Below, in pieces: positions 38,525 through 47,614 of a DNA stretch of 64,000 nucleotides. The notes under the pieces were generated by a model. That model was not told where the DNA came from and did not search any database. It saw only the letters and a list, made by a program, of their open reading frames with translations. The position numbers were made by a program, and so were the translations under genes. The first letter of the stretch is position 1. Each line of letters starts with the position of its first letter. This stretch comes from an uncultured archaeon (GTDB taxonomy: Archaea > Asgardarchaeota > Thorarchaeia > Thorarchaeales > Thorarchaeaceae), in the NCBI GenBank assembly GCA_964558645.1, contig CAZLEV010000004.1, positions 181,569-245,568 on the forward strand, in the 5' to 3' direction.

Positions 38525-38917
38525 CTAGTACACGTAAGCCAGCAGTCTGCCACCAATTCCACGACGCTTTGCCTCTTCATGGGTCATTACTCCTTGCGGA
38601 GTAGTCACGATTAGAATCCCGAAGTTGTACGCCGGGAGAAATCTCTTCTCGAATCTCTCGAAACCGTCACGTCTCACAGGCAATCTTGGTTTGATGACTC
38701 CACATTTGTTTGTGCGGCCCATGAGTTGGATTCTCAATCTTCCGGCCTTTCCATCATCAATCTTTTCGAATTCGCCGATATAACCCCTTGACTGCATGAC
38801 ACGCAATACACGTTCGATCAGGCTTGATGCAGGTTTGACAACAACCTCTGGTTTGCCCACAAGTTCGCTGTTATGGATAGTAGACATTGCATCTGCCAGT
38901 GGGTCTAGTAGTGTCAT
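38525..38917 (-). CDS. rps8: 30S ribosomal protein uS8
   Basis: [24 protein letters not shown]. Confidence 0.98.
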   Translation of the reverse strand: MTLLDPLADAMSTIHNSELVGKPEVVVKPASSLIERVLRVMQSRGYIGEFEKIDDGKAGRLRIQLMGRTNKCGVIKPRLPVRRDGFERFEKRFLPAYNFGILIVTTPQGVMTHEEAKRRGIGGRLLAYVY

Positions 38918-38931
38918 TCTCTCGATACCTC

Positions 38932-39108
38932 CTAGCTATACTTCCGAAACCCCAGCTTCTCAGCCGTTTCTCTGAAACAGCGCCGGCATATGTTCAATCC
39001 GTAGGAGCGGATGATTCCTTGGTGAGTTCCACAGCGTATGCATCTTCGACTGCCTTTGCCCATTTTCTTGCGCTTCTTATCAGACTCTTTGCTCGATTTA
39101 CTCATCAT
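38932..39108 (-). CDS. rps14: 30S ribosomal protein uS14 (not in ORF track, under 60 aa)
   Basis: Manual translation: ...[45 protein letters not shown]. Confidence 0.96.
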   Translation of the reverse strand: MMSKSSKESDKKRKKMGKGSRRCIRCGTHQGIIRSYGLNICRRCFRETAEKLGFRKYS

Positions 39109-39116
39109 GGATCACC

Positions 39117-39710
39117 TCAAAATAGATAGGTGCGTTCTCGCTCCTTCTCAAGGATCTCAACTCCGAATTTCTCTTTGATGAATACCATACTCTCTTCGGG
39201 TGTGACCCTGTGCCTATACGGGATTCTAGCGTTTCTTCTTCTTCGTTTCTTCACTCTGTAACCTGGGCGTTCGACACAGACGGTAACATTCATGCCCTGA
39301 ATACCAAGATTCGGGTCGTATTTCACATCGGAGATATCGATGTGTTCACTTATTCCAAAGGCAAAATTACCGGATTCGTCCCAGTTGCGAATCAGTAAGG
39401 TCTTTTCTTTCGCCTCAAGTGCTCTCTTGAGGAAGTCAATCGCTCTTTCGTCACGAAGTGTCACTCTGACGGCGATTGCCTCTTTCCGTCTAATGCCGAA
39501 TTCTCTTACGGTCTGTTTGGCCCGTGACTGTGCAGGCTTCTGACCGGTAATATTCTCTAGTATGGTGGCCGCTCTGTTGAGATCATCACCGCCTCCAGTA
39601 CAGATGTCAACGACAACCTTGGATATGAACGGTTGCCGCATGGGGGTTGATTCCCATTCCTCCAAGATCACTTCTTGGTTGGGCGTCAATTCATCAGGAC
39701 TAGAGCTCAT
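39117..39710 (-). CDS. rpl5: 50S ribosomal protein uL5
   Basis: AKQTVREFGIR, GNFAFGISEHID, YDPNLGI. Confidence 0.97.
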   Translation of the reverse strand: MSSSPDELTPNQEVILEEWESTPMRQPFISKVVVDICTGGGDDLNRAATILENITGQKPAQSRAKQTVREFGIRRKEAIAVRVTLRDERAIDFLKRALEAKEKTLLIRNWDESGNFAFGISEHIDISDVKYDPNLGIQGMNVTVCVERPGYRVKKRRRRNARIPYRHRVTPEESMVFIKEKFGVEILEKERERTYLF

Positions 39711-40462
39711 TCAGCAGCACCTCCGACTGAAGCAAGAGAAACTTCGGGCCTGTCCTCTCCAAGTACAAATATGTATTCAAGAGCAGTCTGGACCTGGTTG
39801 CCCTCAGCATCCTGAAGCCTGACTATACTAGCATGCGATCCGAAACGACGCTCAATGGATACTATCTTGCCTTCTATACCTACGTTCTTGCCACGGCTGA
39901 CTATAGCATAGACACCCTTCTCAAGTGGTATGGTGGACATGTAGTCCTGATTGGGAACGCCAATCTTCACTGTGTCAAGGGTACTGAAATCTGAAGGCTT
40001 GCTTCCTTCAGGAAGAACAAGGTTTCTCCCATCATGAAGTGTCAGCTGTAGTCGCCCTCCAGAAACCATCATCTTCTTCTCAATGCGGCATAGTTTGAAT
40101 GATGCCTCTGAATCGTCAATCCTCACAAGTCTCAGGCCGCCACGAACCTTTGGAACGAGCCTAAATGACTCGTTGGAGGACTCAATCCGAACTACATCCA
40201 TGACTCCAACAGGATATCTGGGATCTTTCCGAACCTGTCCATCTACCTTGATCTGTCCGCCGGATAGGATGGTCTTTACCTCTCTCATAGTTTCAGCGTA
40301 TCCCAGAACCTCCCGGAGTAATACAGCCAGAGTTAGCGATTCCTCTTTAGGATGTGGTCCAGGAATGGTCCGGGTTGTGAACTTCCCGTGTTTCCTCTTG
40401 ATTGGCCAATGCTTCGGTGCAGGTAGTCGCTTGAGATGCTTCTTTTGACCTCTTCTCGCCAT
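39707..40462 (-). CDS. rps4e: 30S ribosomal protein eS4
   Basis: MARRGQKKHLKRLPAP, PGPH, YPVGVMDV. Confidence 0.97.
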   Translation of the reverse strand: MARRGQKKHLKRLPAPKHWPIKRKHGKFTTRTIPGPHPKEESLTLAVLLREVLGYAETMREVKTILSGGQIKVDGQVRKDPRYPVGVMDVVRIESSNESFRLVPKVRGGLRLVRIDDSEASFKLCRIEKKMMVSGGRLQLTLHDGRNLVLPEGSKPSDFSTLDTVKIGVPNQDYMSTIPLEKGVYAIVSRGKNVGIEGKIVSIERRFGSHASIVRLQDAEGNQVQTALEYIFVLGEDRPEVSLASVGGAAE

Positions 40463-40463
40463 T

Positions 40464-40865
40464 TCACTCTGCCTCCACGGATTCAATCATCTTCTGTTCG
40501 ATGCGCTTCTTTCTCTCGTCATCCAGCTCCAACTTCACAATCTTGAGGTTTGATGGATGGAGGGGTATGGGGGCTTCTTTGCCATCGGCCTTAGTGATGC
40601 TGGCCGCATCAATGTATACTCTGACAGCACTATAGTCCACACGAGTTACTTTCCCCTCAATCTCTCTGAATTGTCCTCTCATAACACGAACCAGATCGCC
40701 CTTCTTGACCAACAGAGACCGAAATCCATACTCTTCTTGCAGGAACTCATCAAGCCTACACCTTAACATGTTCTTGTGAGTGTGCAGTGGCGACTTGTGA
40801 ATTCGTCTTCTCTGCTTGCGGGGAGATTTCGGACTAGTCTTCTTTGTCAACACTATCAACCTCAT
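40464..40865 (-). CDS. rpl24: 50S ribosomal protein uL24
   Basis: SPRKQRR, KGDLVRVMRG, LHPSNL; start is ATG 40865 or TTG 40850. Confidence 0.96.
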   Translation of the reverse strand: MRLIVLTKKTSPKSPRKQRRRIHKSPLHTHKNMLRCRLDEFLQEEYGFRSLLVKKGDLVRVMRGQFREIEGKVTRVDYSAVRVYIDAASITKADGKEAPIPLHPSNLKIVKLELDDERKKRIEQKMIESVEAE

Positions 40866-41284
40866 ACAATCTTCGATGCAATAGCTGCCACCCTTGGCCA
40901 TTTCAGAGTCACTTCTCTTGCCATAGGTCCTCGGAGCTCTGAGCCCTGCGGTTCTCCACCAGGCTTGATCAGAACAGCCGCGTTGTCCTCAAACTGCATC
41001 CAGCTTCCATCAGGTCTTCTGTAGGGCTGTTTCTGCCTGACAATCACAGCCTGCAAGACCTGCTTTCTGAGATCCTGTTTGCCTTTCAGAACAGATACAT
41101 TGACACAATCGCCAACGCCGGCTTTCCCAATCTTCCTGAGGTTGCCTTTGTAACCAAGTACCGTTAGTATCCGCAATACTTTTGCACCAGAGTTATCTGC
41201 GCACGTCACTTTGGCCCCTATGGGAAGCCCACGTGCTATCCTAGGAACAAATTTCTGAATTCCTCTACCAACTTTACGAGACAT
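40862..41284 (-). CDS. rpl14: 50S ribosomal protein uL14
   Basis: CADNSGAK, FEDNAAV. Confidence 0.98.
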   Translation of the reverse strand: MSRKVGRGIQKFVPRIARGLPIGAKVTCADNSGAKVLRILTVLGYKGNLRKIGKAGVGDCVNVSVLKGKQDLRKQVLQAVIVRQKQPYRRPDGSWMQFEDNAAVLIKPGGEPQGSELRGPMAREVTLKWPRVAAIASKIV

Positions 41285-41287
41285 GTT

Positions 41288-41653
41288 CTATTCCTCCTCC
41301 GGCTTCCAAGCGGAAACAACAACACACGAGATTGTCTTACTTATCGGACGGCATTCAACTACTTTCACCGAGTCGCCCACCTGAACATCGATACAATCAG
41401 GCAAACGTGCATGTTTCTTGGACCGGCGCCGTTCGTATCTAGAGTATTTCTTCACAATGCCAAGATAGTCTGTCTGAAATGTGATTGCATTACGCATCTT
41501 CGTGCTGGTCACCGTGCCCTCCATGATGCGGCCTCTAACAGGGAGACTGCCGTGGAATGGACAAAGTGGATCATCACACACCTTCTCAGGAGGCTCCACA
41601 TTCGGGATACCTATGTTGCGAACTTTCTGGTTGTTGTCAGCCATTTTCACCAT
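41288..41653 (-). CDS. rps17: 30S ribosomal protein uS17
   Basis: CDDPLCPFHG, KYSRYERR, ECRPISKT. Confidence 0.97.
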   Translation of the reverse strand: MVKMADNNQKVRNIGIPNVEPPEKVCDDPLCPFHGSLPVRGRIMEGTVTSTKMRNAITFQTDYLGIVKKYSRYERRRSKKHARLPDCIDVQVGDSVKVVECRPISKTISCVVVSAWKPEEE

Positions 41654-41928
41654 CTCCTATCGAGGGGTTTCTTCAGACGTTGCTCTGGACGACCTTCAAG
41701 CAAGCGCCCATCAACCCTCACAATCTTGTTGTTGGGTAACTCGATATCGAATACATTCTGATTCTTTGGCACTCGAATCGGGTTCTCCGGTGTACGAATG
41801 TACAGCATGTTCCTTGACTCGTTTAGGACTGTGCCTGCACGACAAATGCAAGTGGGGTCAGTTGACTCCACTATGTGCAGATGAAGTCCGACAAGTTCAT
41901 GCTGAACAAGACTCTCGGGTGTGATCAT
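41647..41928 (-). CDS. rnp1: RNase P protein component 1 (Rpp29)
   Basis: HELVGL, ESRNML, VPK..F, RPEQR; conserved operon position. Confidence 0.94.
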   Translation of the reverse strand: MITPESLVQHELVGLHLHIVESTDPTCICRAGTVLNESRNMLYIRTPENPIRVPKNQNVFDIELPNNKIVRVDGRLLEGRPEQRLKKPLDRRW

Positions 41929-42137
41929 CTTTCGCCCTCCAGTTCCACTTCTCTCTGAATCGTAAGAATTCGCGCGATGGCTCGCCGTATGGCTCGAATT
42001 CTATACGGATTCTCGCTGCCGCCTCCTGTTGCCAGTTCTATTCTAATGGTGGATAGTTCGTTGTACAGGTCCTCTAAGCGTTTGGATCGCTCTTCAGGAG
42101 TCAAATTGCGTATGTCACGTGGAGTCAGCCGAGCCAT
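41925..42137 (-). CDS. rpl29: 50S ribosomal protein uL29
   Basis: ENPYRIRAIRRAIARILT. Confidence 0.96.
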   Translation of the reverse strand: MARLTPRDIRNLTPEERSKRLEDLYNELSTIRIELATGGGSENPYRIRAIRRAIARILTIQREVELEGER

Positions 42138-43048
42138 TATTCATCCTCCCCTTCGGTATCAAGATCGTCAAGCTCTTCTAGTTCTTCCAAATCAACAGAG
42201 GGGGCCTCCTCCGAGGGCGCCTCTTCATCAGGAGTGCTATCCGAAGACGCCTCTGGCTTTGGCGGCGGAGTTTCGCGCTGTTCTGCCTCCAGTTCGGCAT
42301 CCTCGACAAGCTCTAGGGCGTCAAGCTCTTCTAACTCGCGAAGTTCATCCATGTCAGTGATTCCCTCGAGGCCTTCCTCAACAGCTTCCTCGTCAGGTTC
42401 CTCTTCGTCCGTGGGCTCCTTGAGGAGCTGTGGTTCTGGCTCCTCTCTGTGCTTTGGTTTCTTCACATGAACAACACCAGGCAGTTTCGCGCCAGGTTTC
42501 ATTATGCTGACCTTGATGCCAGTAACACCAGGTTTGAGAACTGCCTTATCATAAGACGAATCAACGAATGTGTCCGCGGGTTCTCCAGTCTTTGCAACAG
42601 TGGATTGCTTGAACTTCTGATATCGTCCTCTACGACTGGATAACTTGCCCTTCACAACAATCTCACAGCCAAGAGCGCCTGCACGCATAATTCTCCTCAG
42701 AATCCAGTAAGCCATTCTACGGAAGCGAACCCCCCGTTCAAGCTGTCTTGCCAGTCTAGAGGCCATAACCTGAGCATTGAGCCACGGATTCTCTATCTCA
42801 CTGACTTCAATCTGAATATTCTCTATACCGAATTCTGTTTCAAGTATGTAAGTCAATTCACGAACTTTGGAGCCTCGGCGTCCGATGACGACACCTGGAC
42901 GAGAGGAGTAAATCACTACCTCTGTCCTCATGGGCATCTTCCGGATCTCAAGGCCACCATAACCTGCAGAGTTAAGCTCACGGTTCAGAAACTCATCAAG
43001 AGCTAGCTTGCGAGTGTTACGTTCGATGAAGTACTTGACTGCCGACAA
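42137..43048 (-). CDS. rps3: 30S ribosomal protein uS3 with a long acidic C-terminal tail
   Basis: RPGVVIGRRG, LERGVRFRR, GCEIVVKGK; TTG start. Confidence 0.97.
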   Translation of the reverse strand: MSAVKYFIERNTRKLALDEFLNRELNSAGYGGLEIRKMPMRTEVVIYSSRPGVVIGRRGSKVRELTYILETEFGIENIQIEVSEIENPWLNAQVMASRLARQLERGVRFRRMAYWILRRIMRAGALGCEIVVKGKLSSRRGRYQKFKQSTVAKTGEPADTFVDSSYDKAVLKPGVTGIKVSIMKPGAKLPGVVHVKKPKHREEPEPQLLKEPTDEEEPDEEAVEEGLEGITDMDELRELEELDALELVEDAELEAEQRETPPPKPEASSDSTPDEEAPSEEAPSVDLEELEELDDLDTEGEDE

Positions 43049-43513
43049 TTATGACACCTCTTCTAGAACAATCTCCACATGTGTAGTATTCTCGTTATAG
43101 GGGGTACTCCGCCCAAAGGCGCGTTCGATATACTTCTTGTATGTCCTGCCTCTGTGAGCTGCAGCATGCATAATTCTCAGACGATCAATGTCTAGCCCCT
43201 TGTTGTCTGCGTTGGCCTCTGCATTTCTCAGCACTTTCAGAATCCTCTGGGATGTCTTCACCGGATGGCCACCAGTATGCCATTTCTTCATGCCAGAATG
43301 ATGTGCTCTCTTCTTTTTGTGGCGCTTGTACGGAATCCATGCCTTCTCCTCAATAACTTCCTCGAGCAACTCAATCGCCTTATCGAGCATCATGCCACGA
43401 ATGGCCTCACATACTTCTCTCGCATGTTTCGGCGAACATCGCATGTTTCTTCCGCTGGCTATGGCAGTCCTGTCTGGGTCAATGCCAATTATGCTGTATC
43501 TGTATGACGGCAT
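43049..43513 (-). CDS. rpl22: 50S ribosomal protein uL22
   Basis: SPKHAREVC, NAEANA..KGL, RAFGR, THVEI. Confidence 0.97.
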   Translation of the reverse strand: MPSYRYSIIGIDPDRTAIASGRNMRCSPKHAREVCEAIRGMMLDKAIELLEEVIEEKAWIPYKRHKKKRAHHSGMKKWHTGGHPVKTSQRILKVLRNAEANADNKGLDIDRLRIMHAAAHRGRTYKKYIERAFGRSTPYNENTTHVEIVLEEVS

Positions 43514-43815
43514 GGTACCTCACTTCTGGTCTTGTGACCTATGAAAAGCCCACCTCCCGCTATTGGTAGGCAGTCTCCTCATCATGGCACCCTCAATGGC
43601 TACCCAGAACTTCCGGCACACGTATACAGGCCACTTCCGCGAGCAGAATCAAGAACCTGCACTGCTTCCTTCTGTTCCGAACAGTCACTATCAGAGAGCG
43701 ACACTCAGATGCCAAAATAGTTCACATTTAAACGTTACCAATTGCCACATGCCGAAAGGTCGACCAGCAGGTGCAAAGAACCCGGACAAACGTAGACATA
43801 TGCGTATAGGGCTAG

Positions 43816-44442
43816 CTAGATTCCCATTGCTGCACTTTGCTTTAGCTCAGCAAGTAGTTTCTCACTCTGTTCTTCTATCTTCTTCTCTACTAGTGTGAAT
43901 AGGTCTCTCTCGAAGGCATTTGGAAGGATCTTTACGATTCTACAGAGACGTTCCACTATTCTTTCTGCGAGCGCACTTGGTGCGACTGCCCCTCCTCTCA
44001 CAATACCCAAGACCACTTCTTCGCTTACACTCGTCCTTACCACGGAGTTGATGACACTCGAGATTGTTCCTCTTGGGTCTATATAGAAAGGCAGTTGACC
44101 ATGATCATGAAAGACCTCGAATCCAAGCTTCTCAATGATAGACTCAGTATACCACTCCAGACTCGACTCCTTGATTCGGAGTTTGCTAGCGAGCTCGGTT
44201 CTTGTGAGAGGGTTGGGGTGACTCCAGGGATGTCGAGTCACCAAGTAAAGAGAGGCTGCATAGAGTGGTTCAAGTTCCCGTGGCCTTCCCTCTGTTGACA
44301 CATACCTCCGGATGAGATCTAAGGCCACTGCCTCATATCGTTCATCAACATTGCTCTCCTTGAAATACTCGTGCGCATCTCGTACGATATCAACCACGTC
44401 GTGGGGGTTGAATCCGGGATGCTCCTCGTCATCGTAATGCAC
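43816..44442 (-). CDS. Protein with a single TFIIB-like cyclin-fold repeat
   Basis: ALDLIRRY..EGRPRELEPLYAASLYLVTR...PLTRTELASKLRIKESSL.WY...IEKLG resembles a TFB core repeat. Confidence 0.55.
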   Translation of the reverse strand: MHYDDEEHPGFNPHDVVDIVRDAHEYFKESNVDERYEAVALDLIRRYVSTEGRPRELEPLYAASLYLVTRHPWSHPNPLTRTELASKLRIKESSLEWYTESIIEKLGFEVFHDHGQLPFYIDPRGTISSVINSVVRTSVSEEVVLGIVRGGAVAPSALAERIVERLCRIVKILPNAFERDLFTLVEKKIEEQSEKLLAELKQSAAMGI

Positions 44443-44556
44443 TGCTACCTCTCCTTTGTATCAAGATGGGTAACAAACGTTTCATTCACTAAGCGATATA
44501 TCCGTTTTGCATCGGAAACCGAGGTAAGTATAGAACGCGCCTTTCTGCCCTGCTCC

Positions 44557-45120
44557 CTAGCGCGGACGATATATCTTCTCAAGTGCCCATCTTAGTGCAT
44601 TCCGGATTTCGTCCAGTCTTTCCTCTCCTCCATAGTTGCGGATGAAGACTCCCTGGAGAATACTGTCCTCCGCTTGGATATCAAAATCGAATGAATCCTC
44701 CCACTCTATTTCCCCATTCTCCACACGACGTTTGTCCTCCTGCTGGAAACCGCCAAGGATTCTTTCTACAAAGAATCGAGCGAATGCTCCTCGCTTGATA
44801 TCATACAATGCGTGAGGGGCCGGGGTGATTGCTATCTCATCCCCTGTCACCTGCATGGTAGCAAGTTCCAGGTCCTCCGACTTGTGCCTGATCTCTAGAG
44901 TGCGGGGCCCTTCGGCCCGAGCCCCCTCCATGATGTCCTTTGGTTCAGGTTCTCCAGCTGCCAACGCAGCCTGTGCTGTTGAGAAACTACTTGCTCCAAT
45001 TGTGGCATCGAGTGCCTTGACATAACCCTCGAGTTGCTGGATTCTGTCCTTCATCTTATCAAGCTCGTCCTCAAGCTCCCTCCGCAGTTCCAGTAACATC
45101 CTGACTCTGGTATCACTCAC
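44557..45120 (-). CDS. Hypothetical protein with an N-terminal coiled coil
   Basis: 187-aa ORF with heptad N-terminus; SD upstream of the GTG start. Confidence 0.7.
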   Translation of the reverse strand: MSDTRVRMLLELRRELEDELDKMKDRIQQLEGYVKALDATIGASSFSTAQAALAAGEPEPKDIMEGARAEGPRTLEIRHKSEDLELATMQVTGDEIAITPAPHALYDIKRGAFARFFVERILGGFQQEDKRRVENGEIEWEDSFDFDIQAEDSILQGVFIRNYGGEERLDEIRNALRWALEKIYRPR

Positions 45121-45225
45121 TGGTGCGCACCTTCGATGGTCTGAACTCGTATCTAAATGAATCCGGTATTATATTACCCTGTGTATTATTTGACTCCATA
45201 TTTCATTTGTAGAATGAAGTCTGAG

Positions 45226-45444
45226 TCAGTCCTCAACTACCGTGATCGCGAAGTCTGGACACTCCATTTCGCAGAGGCGACACACTCTGCAGGCATCAAT
45301 GTCCACGACCTCTGGCAAATAGAAGCCTCTGTTGTCCACCTGATCCCCCTTCTTCAGCACTCCGAAGGGACATACTGATATACAGATATGACAGCCCTTG
45401 CAGAGTTCAGCGGCAATCACAATTCGCTTTGCCTTTCGTGCCAT
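45226..45444 (-). CDS. 2[4Fe-4S] ferredoxin (OFOR delta-subunit-like)
   Basis: CKGCHICISVCP and CRVCRLCEMECP. Confidence 0.93.
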   Translation of the reverse strand: MARKAKRIVIAAELCKGCHICISVCPFGVLKKGDQVDNRGFYLPEVVDIDACRVCRLCEMECPDFAITVVED

Positions 45445-45551
45445 GCTTCAGCCTCAAGAAGGCACGCCTAGTCCCTACGATATAATGCTATTCATGTGTT
45501 CATGGAGAGTACTGGTTATATACCGTCCACGCTGATGAAGTAACGAGCCAG

Positions 45552-46277
45552 GTGATACTGCTGAAGCCTTTCTTTGTATTCATGTGTCCCAAATGTCATC
45601 GATTCACCAATGCCCCGGTGGGCCAGAAGCGCAGAAGGTGTAGCTACTGTGGTAAGCTTATCGATATATCAAAGGCATCAGTTGCCATGTTCGATGATCA
45701 ACACGCAGCCACAACGGCAACCAAAGAGTTCAACGCAAGCAACAGCGATGAATTCAAGAAGGCAATGGAACGCTCCAAGGATAGGATACGCGGACTCGTC
45801 CCGAGTGAGCCCATAAATGCTGCAGACATCTCGGATGATTCTGAGGCGCGAGAATTGCCAACAGGCAAAACGAAGAGGCTCATGACGCTCCTGGAACGAG
45901 AGGCTCGAAGAAAGAGTTGCTCTCTGAACCGAATTGAAGAACTCAGTTCCAGGTATCGACTCGAATGGGACTGGGTAGAAGAACAGCTCACTAAACTCGG
46001 AAACCGTGGTACTCTCATTTTTCCGCGTCCTTGGTCGGTGAAGCTGGTTGGCACCTCCGAGGGAAACTCGGACGACGTTCCTCGTGAAGTCGATGTATCG
46101 AAGAGCATTCTACGACTGCTGAGAGAGCATGGCGGACGCCTTCCAGTAGGAAGGATTGTCAAGCACTATGGTAAGGAATCGATCTCGGAGAACTCGGTGT
46201 TCTCCTCTCTCGATCGCCTCATGAATTCCGGTGACATCTATCAGCCAGAACCGGGCATAGTGAGTCTGATTGACTGA
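45552..46277 (+). CDS. Zn-ribbon (DUF1922-like) protein with two winged-helix domains
   Basis: CPKC...CSYCG; GTLIFPRPWSVKLV and GDIYQPEPGIVSLI wing motifs. Confidence 0.7.
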   Translation: MILLKPFFVFMCPKCHRFTNAPVGQKRRRCSYCGKLIDISKASVAMFDDQHAATTATKEFNASNSDEFKKAMERSKDRIRGLVPSEPINAADISDDSEARELPTGKTKRLMTLLEREARRKSCSLNRIEELSSRYRLEWDWVEEQLTKLGNRGTLIFPRPWSVKLVGTSEGNSDDVPREVDVSKSILRLLREHGGRLPVGRIVKHYGKESISENSVFSSLDRLMNSGDIYQPEPGIVSLID

Positions 46278-46322
46278 TTCGATGGTTTGAATAGCACTGC
46301 AGAAGACAATAGAGGTGAAACA

Positions 46323-46712
46323 ATGCCAATGGTTGAACTGGTAGCTAAGAGAATGCTACGCCGAAACCCTGACATCGGCTTGGGCGTAGTGGACCTGATA
46401 GTTCTACTCTGGCTCTACTCCAACCCATACGACAGCAACAGGCGCCAACTATCCAGTATGAAGAATGTTCTCACGATGACCGAAATTGTACAGTCTCCCA
46501 CAGGCACACTACAAGTGACTGATGAAGAGCTCACTCAAATCGTTCTTGCAAGTCTTCGAAGGCTCAAGGAGAAGGGGCTCTGCTATATCCGGTCTGCTGG
46601 CAGATTCTACGTCAAAGGGACTCTCACTGAGGCGGGTGTTCATCTTGTTGAGAAGTCACTCAACAGTTCATCACTGCGAAGAGTGACCGATGAATTTGGA
46701 AACAACCCCTAA
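46323..46712 (+). CDS. Hypothetical protein, probable winged helix
   Basis: SLRRLKEKGLC...LTEAG; GAGGTGA SD before ATG 46323. Confidence 0.65.
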   Translation: MPMVELVAKRMLRRNPDIGLGVVDLIVLLWLYSNPYDSNRRQLSSMKNVLTMTEIVQSPTGTLQVTDEELTQIVLASLRRLKEKGLCYIRSAGRFYVKGTLTEAGVHLVEKSLNSSSLRRVTDEFGNNP

Positions 46713-46775
46713 GAGTCCGGTTCACTGCAAACCAGATAGGTTCGGATGCATTTCTGAGTTGAACGGTATATCGTT

Positions 46776-47090
46776 TTAGCTATTCTCTGGTTGGAGGCTT
46801 ACTTCCTCAACGAATTCCTTCCCTGCCACGACCTGATCGATTGAATGAATCACTGCACCTGCTTGCTCCAGAATCTCTTTGATGGTTTCATACTTGATGT
46901 CATCACCCTCGATTGTGATAGCTATGCTCTCAGTGTTTTGGTCGACTTCTTTCAGAGAGATGTTTAGTCCGTTCACGTGCTCGTCTCTTGTGATCATGAG
47001 TGCAAGATCTGTGAGCCGAGGAGTGTGAGGTTTCAAAACGTCCAGAACGATTCTTCGTATGCCACTTGGCAATATAATTCCAAACCCCAA
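46776..47090 (-). CDS. DUF211 family protein
   Basis: IRRIVLDVLKPH.P, GAVIHSIDQVVAG. Confidence 0.9.
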   Translation of the reverse strand: MGFGIILPSGIRRIVLDVLKPHTPRLTDLALMITRDEHVNGLNISLKEVDQNTESIAITIEGDDIKYETIKEILEQAGAVIHSIDQVVAGKEFVEEVSLQPENS

Positions 47091-47311
47091 TGCTGACCTA
47101 TTGATCAGTATGTCTTGTGCTTGCTCAGACGATTTGTTGTTAAATCTTACTACAAGGCACTTATTGTAGTAGCGTGATGGAACCGACCATCAACTGCCTC
47201 ACATTTAGCGCGATTCTCCGACCATGATCCCTTGATGCCCTAATCCTTTTATTCGAGTTGAGTGAGCTCTGAAGGGAACGGGTAACCGTACATGCCGGGA
47301 AGGATTCGCAC

Positions 47312-47614
47312 GTGAAGCAAGAGAAACTGACAAAAACTAACAACGAGGTTGTTTCTGGACCCGAACATGTCGAGCAAAAGTACCCCTCGACCAGGGGAAT
47401 TGACATTGACAAGGCAAACTTCAAGACACATCCACTCTGGAATATTCTGGTTGAAACCACACACAGAAGCCCACTATATCCGAATCTTTCCGGATATGTG
47501 AGAGAGAACATCGTACCTGCAGAACCAGATATCAGTCCGAGAGAACTGGCAACAAGGCTATCTATATCCATCGGAGAAGCGCTTGTGATACTTGACGACA
47601 TAATTTCAGAGTAG
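47312..47614 (+). CDS. Hypothetical protein with a C-terminal HTH
   Basis: PDISPRELATRLSISIGEALVIL. Confidence 0.6.
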   Translation: MKQEKLTKTNNEVVSGPEHVEQKYPSTRGIDIDKANFKTHPLWNILVETTHRSPLYPNLSGYVRENIVPAEPDISPRELATRLSISIGEALVILDDIISE

